Positions 1-7,616 of a stretch of 64,000 nt of DNA are shown here, one piece after another. This stretch comes from a bacterium (GTDB lineage: Bacteria; CLD3; SB21): assembly GCA_019695335.1 (NCBI GenBank), contig JAIBAF010000011.1, forward strand, positions 13,277 to 77,276. The letters run 5' to 3'. The notes below the pieces were generated by a model, which worked only from the letters and a program-made list of their open reading frames with translations, was not told where the DNA came from and made no database searches. A program made the translations under genes and the position numbers. The first letter of the stretch is position 1. Every line of letters starts with the position of its first letter.

Positions 1-2
1 TT

Positions 3-1484
3 ATGTCAGCTGAGCCGATCACTCACGCAATTATATTGGCTTACAATGCAACCTCTGACGGCACGCAATTCGATGCCCGATATGGCGGTGAAACCATTTT
101 GAATCGCGCGCTGGTTGCTATGTCCAAGTCTGGAATTAAAAGCGTGTCAATACTTTGTAATAGCTCTGACAAAAATCGAATCGAAAAACAAATCGGATCG
201 GTTCGTCACCGGTTAACTCTTGACTACTCTATCTTTGAATCCAATAATGGATTATCTCATATCATTGCAGATATTGCAGGAAAGTGGAATCAGCGATTTC
301 TATTGTTTAATGCTGATATTTTAGTGCATCCGACATTTCTCAATCAAACCGTTCACATGCAAAGCGATTGCGGCTTGGTGTGTTACAAAGATGTTCGTAT
401 TAACAATCACAAAATCCATTTTACTGAAACATTTACTGAAAAATTCAAAGTCGTTTTTGAGCATCCCGAAAAATTGCGTCGATTCGATTTTACTAAATTA
501 AAGTCGCTTGAATTCACTGAACCGATAATGAGTCATACCGTTACGGATGAACTGAACTTAAACTATGCAAGCGATGGTGTTTTTAGTACTGATGTTCTGA
601 TAGTATCGCCTGCTTCGTTAAAATCTGCTGGACAATATTCTGAGTGGGACGAATTGGTAAAGAAGCTGCATTCTATGAAGATACTTCAATTACTATTCGT
701 TAAAGACGCTTGGTGGTTGCGAGTTTATCCTGGTATCAGCGACCATCATATCAAGAATTTTTTCTGGAAGATTGCTTTTAAAGATGTGAGCGGTGAATTT
801 TCAAAAATTGTCAATTCAAAATTTTCTAAGCCGCTTTCATTTTTTTTCGCACGTATGGGCGTTGCTCCCAACACCTTGAGCGCTGCGCAAATGATTTTGT
901 ATGTTTTAGCGTCACTGTTGTTGTTTATCAATGCTCACTGGGCAATCATCGCTTTTGCAATTATCTGGCAGTTTTCAGCAGGTGTGTTGGATCGGTGTGA
1001 CGGTGAAACGGCACGGATCCGGAATTACGAATCAGAAGGCGGCGCTAAATTCGACGTTTTGGTTGATGACTTGCGTTTCGGAATTCCATTCATCGTCCTG
1101 ACATTCGAATGTTATATTGAATCCGGCTTTAATTTTATTTTTCCAGTAACGGCATTTTTATGTATTGGCGGATTTTTGGCAATCGCTTTTAAAGAGTTAG
1201 CCAACATGCGGAAAGCCGGCTATCAAAGTCGTCAATTTCTGGCGGCTGACATTTTCAGGATGATGGGACAGGAAACAGCTTCGACTAAACTTGCTCAAAA
1301 AATTCGTCCCTTTTTCAAAGGTGATATCCGGACATTTTACATCTCCATCATTGCGCTTTTCGGTGTTAAAACACTTGTTTTTTGGGTGTTGGGAGGTAAT
1401 ATTATATTTATGGGAGTCATGGGGCTTGCCTCAATAATTCAGATTAAAAAATTAGTTCATTTTAAACTTACGCATAAAGGTTAG
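3..1484 (+). CDS. Fusion protein: N-terminal nucleotidyltransferase-like domain plus C-terminal CDP-alcohol phosphatidyltransferase domain (IPCT/DIPPS-like architecture). The 5' end may lie upstream of the window.
   Basis: N-terminus (AIILAYNATSDG...GETILNRALVAM) has an NTP-transferase-like fold with a degenerate Gly loop. The C-terminal hydrophobic half carries a perfect CDP-OH-P motif, DRCDGETARIRNYESEGGAKFDVLVDD (DG-x2-AR-x8-G-x3-D-x3-D). Confidence 0.6.
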   Translation: MSAEPITHAIILAYNATSDGTQFDARYGGETILNRALVAMSKSGIKSVSILCNSSDKNRIEKQIGSVRHRLTLDYSIFESNNGLSHIIADIAGKWNQRFLLFNADILVHPTFLNQTVHMQSDCGLVCYKDVRINNHKIHFTETFTEKFKVVFEHPEKLRRFDFTKLKSLEFTEPIMSHTVTDELNLNYASDGVFSTDVLIVSPASLKSAGQYSEWDELVKKLHSMKILQLLFVKDAWWLRVYPGISDHHIKNFFWKIAFKDVSGEFSKIVNSKFSKPLSFFFARMGVAPNTLSAAQMILYVLASLLLFINAHWAIIAFAIIWQFSAGVLDRCDGETARIRNYESEGGAKFDVLVDDLRFGIPFIVLTFECYIESGFNFIFPVTAFLCIGGFLAIAFKELANMRKAGYQSRQFLAADIFRMMGQETASTKLAQKIRPFFKGDIRTFYISIIALFGVKTLVFWVLGGNIIFMGVMGLASIIQIKKLVHFKLTHKG

Positions 1485-1491
1485 CGGCGTC

Positions 1492-2178
1492 ATGGAAAAG
1501 ACAAAAGACAAAGAACGAGTCAACGATATCCTTCTCGGACCGCTGGAACGTCCGGCATTGTTGTGGCTGTCAGAACGTATGCCGGCATGGGTCACTCCGG
1601 ATGTATTGACGGTTATCGGCATCATGGCTACATTAATTATTACCGGAAGTTACTATTTGTCCAATTTTGAAAAAAATTTTTTATGGCTGGCTAATTTTGG
1701 TTTTATACTCAATTGGTTTGGCGATTCATTAGACGGCAGCGTTGCGCGTTTCCGGCATATTGAACGTCCGAAATACGGCTATTTCGTCGATCACGCGGTA
1801 GATGCTTTTAGTTCAACAGCTATTTGCATTGGGTTGGGAATCTCTCCGTATGTGGGTTTTACGTACGGCCTCCTAGCATTGATCGGATATTTGTTGATGT
1901 CCATTTACGTTTACTTATCGACCAACGTTACCGGAGTTTTTAAAATTTCTTACGGAAAAATCGGCCCAACAGAAATCAGAGTTCTGTATATGAGCGTGAA
2001 CGCAGTATTTTATTTTGTCAACAATTTCAGCGTCACCATCGGATCATTTACCATTATGTTTTTTGACCTGATCGCACTGGTTGTTGCCATTGCATTGTTC
2101 TTTTATTTTGCCTTTTTCACAATTAAAACCATTTCCGAACTGGCGATAATCGATCCTCCTGGCGTTAAAAAATCGTAG
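1492..2178 (+). CDS. CDP-alcohol phosphatidyltransferase family membrane protein
   Basis: Motif GDSLDGSVARFRHIERPKYGYFVDHAVD (D-G-x2-A-R-x9-G-x3-D-x3-D). Multiple TM helices. The start is 8 nt after the previous gene, suggesting an operon. Confidence 0.7.
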   Translation: MEKTKDKERVNDILLGPLERPALLWLSERMPAWVTPDVLTVIGIMATLIITGSYYLSNFEKNFLWLANFGFILNWFGDSLDGSVARFRHIERPKYGYFVDHAVDAFSSTAICIGLGISPYVGFTYGLLALIGYLLMSIYVYLSTNVTGVFKISYGKIGPTEIRVLYMSVNAVFYFVNNFSVTIGSFTIMFFDLIALVVAIALFFYFAFFTIKTISELAIIDPPGVKKS

Positions 2179-2203
2179 TTATTAATGAAAGGCGTGATGT
2201 ATT

Positions 2204-2923
2204 ATGTCTATTGTATTTGTCAACATCCTTATGGCAATTATTTTTGCGCTCATCCCGAATTATGAGCCAATACCAGAAAATGATGTTATTTTGATCGAAG
2301 ACTTTTCAAAAGGAACTACAGGGCAATTTCCACAGGGCTGGGGCTGGGTCGAAGGCCTTAAAGTAAAAAAAATATCCGAAGCGGCAGCGGGTCAAGTACC
2401 TTATGTCATCGCAGAGGAAAATGGAAATAAATTTCTGCATGCAGATGATACCGGACAGGCCATCACTATTGTCAGCGAAAAAAAATGGAATGTCAAAAAA
2501 TATCCCTGTCTTAGTTGGCGGTGGCGTATACGGGAATTTCCAAAGGGCGCTAATGAAAAATTAAAAGGCAAAGGCGACAGCGCAGCGGGCTTATATATTA
2601 CTTATTATGTTTCTTTTTTCGGAATTCCAAAAAGCATTAAATATATTTGGAGCAATGAAGTGCCATTATGCGATACGTTTCGCCGGGAAGGAACGGGTAA
2701 AGCCACTATGACCGTAGTTGAAAGCGGAATGGGAAAAAAAGATGTATGGGTAACCGAGACCATCAATATTTATGAACATTACAAAAAAGTTTTTGGAGAA
2801 TATCCGCCGGACGAAGTCGTAGGTATTGCTATCCGCACTGACGCCGATGGAACCGGTTCACGCGCTATTGCCGACTATGACGATATTAAAGTCATGAAAT
2901 CCTGTAATGGACAATGCGAATAA
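2204..2923 (+). CDS. Conserved hypothetical protein with N-terminal membrane anchor. The DUF3047-like assignment is tentative.
   Basis: N-terminal TM or signal segment followed by a soluble domain with Trp-rich motifs (GWGWVEG, SWRWRIREFP). Third gene of the operon, followed by a strong terminator. Confidence 0.5.
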   Translation: MSIVFVNILMAIIFALIPNYEPIPENDVILIEDFSKGTTGQFPQGWGWVEGLKVKKISEAAAGQVPYVIAEENGNKFLHADDTGQAITIVSEKKWNVKKYPCLSWRWRIREFPKGANEKLKGKGDSAAGLYITYYVSFFGIPKSIKYIWSNEVPLCDTFRREGTGKATMTVVESGMGKKDVWVTETINIYEHYKKVFGEYPPDEVVGIAIRTDADGTGSRAIADYDDIKVMKSCNGQCE

Positions 2924-2949
2924 AACTTAGAATTCAATAACACTCTAAT

Positions 2950-2988
2950 AAAAAAACCCGTTTCGAAAAATCGAAACGGGTTTTTTTA
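2950..2988. terminator. Bidirectional rho-independent terminator between convergent genes
   Basis: A-run, then CCCGTTTCGA aaaa TCGAAACGGG, then T7-run. Confidence 0.65.
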
Positions 2989-3006
2989 CCTAACCTAAAC
3001 CAAGGA

Positions 3007-4032
3007 TCAGAACTTAATACCCACCGAAAAGCGATGAGTTGCATCGAGTTGTCCCACGTCCATGTAACCATAATCGAAAGTGACACCTAAATCATCATTA
3101 AATTTATAATCCAACCCACCGCCAAAAGTCAAACCAGCCGTTGCGGCTTTGCTCGTGCGATAATCGCGATTACGTTTTAGGGTTGACGTATAGCCAACAC
3201 GTGCAAAAAACATGTTTTGAAAACCGTATTCGGCACCGAAATTAGTGCGGTTAGCCTGAAAACTATTTATATTTTGTTCCAAAATACCAGTAATAGAATT
3301 TTGTTCGTTACGATATAATTCCATACTAGCGCCAAAATTGACAGCCGCAGGTAACTCAAACGGCTCAGAACCAAACTTTAGAAAGGATTGCTGGCCTGAA
3401 ATAGGATCCGTTGTATTGCGCACTAATCCATCACCATTATATATTGATTGAGGGCCAATATTGGTTGCAGCAAAGCCTAATTTAAGCCCTCGATAACCAG
3501 TATTGTAGGTGAAACCAAAATCAAACGCAAAAGCCGATGCTGAAACTTGGTCAATGGCTGAATTAAGAAACTTCACCGTCAAACCGCCGCTTACACGATC
3601 CGTAATTTGCTTTGAATAAGTAAATCCAAGTGCTAAATCATATGGTGTGTAATTTCCCAAACCTCCGTTCGGATTGGTTTCACTTGTTTTTTCAATTGAC
3701 CCATAGCTTAAATAATTAAAACTCAAACCGAACACACCTGTTTCTCCCATAGGAAAACTGACTGCAGCGTAGTTCGATGTAATACCGGCAAAATGATTCA
3801 AATATGAAAAAGTAAAAGTTGCCCGGTCTGCACTCGATACATTAGCCGGATTCCAATAAATAGCGCTTGCACCGCTGCTATTGGTAAGCCCGGTTGTTCC
3901 TAGTGCGGTCTCACGAGCACCCAATGGAACGTGAAGAAACATAAAACCTGCTTCACCACGTTTTTCTTCACCAGCAAAAACTGATGCAGTCCACAACAAT
4001 AAATATGTTATGGCTATAACTCTTTGTTTCAT
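3007..4032 (-). CDS. Outer-membrane beta-barrel protein, PorV/PorQ-like (T9SS-associated, FadL-like). Family assignment is tentative.
   Basis: Signal peptide, conserved GARETALGTTG motif near the N-terminus, alternating beta-strand pattern, C-terminal ...GIKF ending in Phe. Last gene of an operon with a T9SS cargo protein. RBS AAGGAGA is present. Confidence 0.5.
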   Translation of the reverse strand: MKQRVIAITYLLLWTASVFAGEEKRGEAGFMFLHVPLGARETALGTTGLTNSSGASAIYWNPANVSSADRATFTFSYLNHFAGITSNYAAVSFPMGETGVFGLSFNYLSYGSIEKTSETNPNGGLGNYTPYDLALGFTYSKQITDRVSGGLTVKFLNSAIDQVSASAFAFDFGFTYNTGYRGLKLGFAATNIGPQSIYNGDGLVRNTTDPISGQQSFLKFGSEPFELPAAVNFGASMELYRNEQNSITGILEQNINSFQANRTNFGAEYGFQNMFFARVGYTSTLKRNRDYRTSKAATAGLTFGGGLDYKFNDDLGVTFDYGYMDVGQLDATHRFSVGIKF

Positions 4033-4102
4033 AAAATTCTCCTTAAAATTTTAACAACTTGTTGGGAGCACATTAATGCTCCCAACAATGGACAGCTGTC
4101 TT

Positions 4103-7100
4103 TTATTGAATATCCGGACCGTTAACACGAACTTCTTCTTGAATGACTGCAAATTTAACGGTTGTCTTACCGATTCCCGGAGCTTCAATTAGGGCAATGT
4201 ACATGCCGCTTGCGACAAATTTGTTACCCGCATTCTGAAGGTTCCATACCTCGACTGAAGTTTCGCCTGCTGTCGGCGTCGAACGACTATCTAACGGATT
4301 CGTATTGACTCGATTATTGTTAGAAGTTGCATTATGAACAAGGGTTCTAACTAAATCGCCAGAAACCGTAAAGATTTTGATCGTACATTGTCCGGGCAGA
4401 TTGATAAATTTTAATCGCTTATCAAAAAGTTGCGGCTGATAAGAGGAACGCGCATAATATGGATTCGGTACGACCCGAACGTCCTTGAGTTCTTTTTTCA
4501 AAGATTTCTTGTCGGTCATCGTCGGAGCAGCCACAGTAGTAAATCTAAATACATCGTCAACGGCATTTGGCCGAACGTGGAAGAATCTGAATTGATCACT
4601 ACCGGTTCCGGATGCCGACCATCCCGTATTATTTCTTCTAGCCCATGTTGCCATATACATAATTGGCATATTAGCTGTGCTTAGAGCATTGACCATCAAT
4701 TGCGGATCGGACGTAGTTGCATAGGTCTTATCGGAAATGAATAACCATTCCCTTGGACCAGTACCCGCATAGTTATCACCGCTAGAAAAGAATGGCGGCC
4801 AGTATTTGCCATTGACCAAACCATTTGTCACATTGTTTTCCAAGAAACCAATGGCCAGACGGCGTGGATTATCAGGATCTTCTACATCCCAGGCTGAAAG
4901 CGGCACTGTCTTTACAAAATCTTGATAAGCGTACGTAGCCGTAGTATTTATCATGAACGGAACAAATGCAGGCTGCGCAGGAGCTAATTGAGCATTACGC
5001 AGATACCGATGGCCATAAGATAAATTTACATCATTAACATCAAGCGGATCACCATTAGCATCCGTTGAGGCTAATTTAATTAAAATGTTTTTCAGATCTA
5101 CAGAAGGATAGCGATCGTTTTCATTTCCGAAGAAATGTACAGGACGATCCCAGCCGAGGGCTCCACTAAACGCTTCAAGCCCACCGGCATTGGCGCCACC
5201 GGCAAAAGTAAATTGACGCGTACCGGTTGGTATATCCCAGCCGACATGTTCGCCTCCAGGATTTAACCCAGGTGCCGGACCATATACGCCAATGAGCATT
5301 CCGTCGGCTATATTAAATTCTTCATCGCTATGATCGTTATCAGGAATTGCAATCCGCGTATCAAAATACCGTTCGTCGGCTGCAGTATTCGGATCATTAG
5401 TCCTGGTTTGGAAAGGCACTAACAAGTTGGTAGTAGTATCTCTTAATCTATAAGCCATCGTACCATCCGTGTATCCATCAACGGTGTGTAAGGTGAAGAA
5501 TTCAACTTTATACACATGGCCAGTAATTTTAGATGGATCGACTACTTCAACTGTGACGTTCCCATCCCCAGTGCCAGCAGAGTGTTCGACTTCGCCAAGT
5601 GATGCAGCATAGGTTTTTCCAATTAGCGGTTTCATCGGTACGATTGAAACCACATTGGCTGCAGGCGATGTCTCCAACGATATTGGATATCCGCTCGGTT
5701 TGTCAACAGTACCGCCAAACGGCGAAGTAACCTGTTCTTTGGTATCAGCTATATAAGGCTGTGCGTCATATGCCGTGACGCTATAAAAATATACCTGTCC
5801 GTTTGTGAGCCCTTCGTCGCGATAAGAATAATGTAATCCTGTATTGTTACCCACAACAAGATTCTCAGTAATGAGCGTGCCACTTGGATCAATTGTAATA
5901 TTGACCACTGTACCGAACTCGTCTACTTTATCATAATCCGCCAGCATAGCATAAGAGCCAGGAAGACCTGTTAAACTTCTGTAAACACGATAACCTTGAA
6001 AGTCATTAGTAATGTAATCAGCCGTAAAGCCACTGTCGATCTTGATACCCAGAATGTCACCGGCTTTATCGACGGAGTATTCTGAATTGTTCAACCAAGT
6101 AATGACCGCTTCACCATCCAATCCTACAACATTAATTTTCGGAATATCCGGCGGAGCAGGGGCGACAAGCCCAGCTTTAAAACCTTGCTGAATAGCATCG
6201 TCCAAAACAAACAATTGGGCTACAGCTGTTAACCTGTTATTTCCGCCAACGGACTCTTGACTGGTCCCCAGTACAGCTGCCCAAATTTCTTGTGATTCGC
6301 CGGCATCCAATTTAAAAGGTCCTACACAGTGTGCCATCCGCTGATCAGCGCCATCGGCCGCTTGCGCAACGTTCGGGTTGCTGCCTGCACCAGCAGCAGT
6401 CGGATCTCCGCGATAGGCATAATAATCGGATACCCCAACGCCTGTTTTAACCGAACCATCATTAAATTTTCCTTCTAATTGATTATAGCGCTGTTCGTCA
6501 TTGGCCGGTTGAGAACCACTCTTATACGTATTAAACGCAGTTGCTCCCAACCATATTTTGCCGGCCGGTAATGGCGTAGGTACATAAATATTTTGAGCGC
6601 CATTGTAAACCAAAGTCGATGTGTTGCTTGCAAATTTTGACGCAAGAAGTGGTGACACATCGCTGATATTAACAACTGGACCTTGCAAAAAATCAAAGCC
6701 AGTTGCCGCAGGTCTGTCTGCATCAGTACCATTATAGCAGAATCCCAAACCTCTTGATGTATCCACACCAACAATATCATTTGATGCGTTGTCAGAATTT
6801 ACATCCGGATCCATCCAGAGCCCAATATAGCCACCGGTATAATTTTCGTCTGTTTTATTAGTTAAAGTAAATTTCAAATAAACTGCATCATTCAAAGCAC
6901 CTGACGCGTACACAAACGATTCCAATGTAATTTGGATTCCTAAACCTGGGTCTTCCGTATCTTCACGTTCTTGAGTTAAATCAAGATCCAAATCATTGAA
7001 AACTGCCCACGTCTGAGCGTCGGCAATTAATGCAGGATTTCCATTATTATCACGCGGCGCATCGACCGGCCAATTCGTATAATCCGATCCAGACAAAGAG

Positions 7101-7543
7101 CGATCGATTTGATACACTTTAAGATCGGCTGAACCTGGATCTTCTGCTACCAATTGTTCAAATGGAAGTCCTGAATTAGTAATTCGGCCCGGTTGAAATT
7201 CCGAACGGAACTCTGCTTCGGAAACTGCTCTTATTGTATCTTTTTTCAATGCAGCAAACTGAAAACCACCGGCATAAACAATCGTTCGTCCTGATCCGCG
7301 AGGAAATTCTCCTCCTGGAGCTGAATTTGGCGAATCTTGCATATACCGACCGTTGTTTTCCATCACATAAATCCAGTTATTATAGCCTACACGGATAAGA
7401 TCGGAAATGTCTGGTTTTTTTAAACGAGCTTTTAATTTTTCTGAAGGGCCAAGCTTTGCAACGCCATATGACGACCACAAACTTATCGTCAAAATAACTG
7501 TAGCGGCAATAGTCAGCGCCGAAAATAAAACTTTTTTATTCAT
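4103..7543 (-). CDS. Large secreted protein (1146 aa) with a T9SS C-terminal sorting domain; function unknown
   Basis: Signal peptide. C-terminal ~80 aa (CTIKIFTVSGDLVRTL...GMYIALIEAPGIGKTTVKFAVIQ) matches the Por secretion tail. RBS GGAG is present. Confidence 0.7.
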   Translation of the reverse strand: MNKKVLFSALTIAATVILTISLWSSYGVAKLGPSEKLKARLKKPDISDLIRVGYNNWIYVMENNGRYMQDSPNSAPGGEFPRGSGRTIVYAGGFQFAALKKDTIRAVSEAEFRSEFQPGRITNSGLPFEQLVAEDPGSADLKVYQIDRSLSGSDYTNWPVDAPRDNNGNPALIADAQTWAVFNDLDLDLTQEREDTEDPGLGIQITLESFVYASGALNDAVYLKFTLTNKTDENYTGGYIGLWMDPDVNSDNASNDIVGVDTSRGLGFCYNGTDADRPAATGFDFLQGPVVNISDVSPLLASKFASNTSTLVYNGAQNIYVPTPLPAGKIWLGATAFNTYKSGSQPANDEQRYNQLEGKFNDGSVKTGVGVSDYYAYRGDPTAAGAGSNPNVAQAADGADQRMAHCVGPFKLDAGESQEIWAAVLGTSQESVGGNNRLTAVAQLFVLDDAIQQGFKAGLVAPAPPDIPKINVVGLDGEAVITWLNNSEYSVDKAGDILGIKIDSGFTADYITNDFQGYRVYRSLTGLPGSYAMLADYDKVDEFGTVVNITIDPSGTLITENLVVGNNTGLHYSYRDEGLTNGQVYFYSVTAYDAQPYIADTKEQVTSPFGGTVDKPSGYPISLETSPAANVVSIVPMKPLIGKTYAASLGEVEHSAGTGDGNVTVEVVDPSKITGHVYKVEFFTLHTVDGYTDGTMAYRLRDTTTNLLVPFQTRTNDPNTAADERYFDTRIAIPDNDHSDEEFNIADGMLIGVYGPAPGLNPGGEHVGWDIPTGTRQFTFAGGANAGGLEAFSGALGWDRPVHFFGNENDRYPSVDLKNILIKLASTDANGDPLDVNDVNLSYGHRYLRNAQLAPAQPAFVPFMINTTATYAYQDFVKTVPLSAWDVEDPDNPRRLAIGFLENNVTNGLVNGKYWPPFFSSGDNYAGTGPREWLFISDKTYATTSDPQLMVNALSTANMPIMYMATWARRNNTGWSASGTGSDQFRFFHVRPNAVDDVFRFTTVAAPTMTDKKSLKKELKDVRVVPNPYYARSSYQPQLFDKRLKFINLPGQCTIKIFTVSGDLVRTLVHNATSNNNRVNTNPLDSRSTPTAGETSVEVWNLQNAGNKFVASGMYIALIEAPGIGKTTVKFAVIQEEVRVNGPDIQ

Positions 7544-7616
7544 AAATTGACTCCATGCAATTTTTTTGTATAGGCGCCCGCATTTTAAACTAGAGCGCCT
7601 ATATCAATTCAACTTC

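Noticed and set aside
746-931. 61-aa minus-strand ORF inside gene 1
   Set aside because: It is embedded antisense in a conserved CDP-alcohol transferase fusion gene with no supporting signals.
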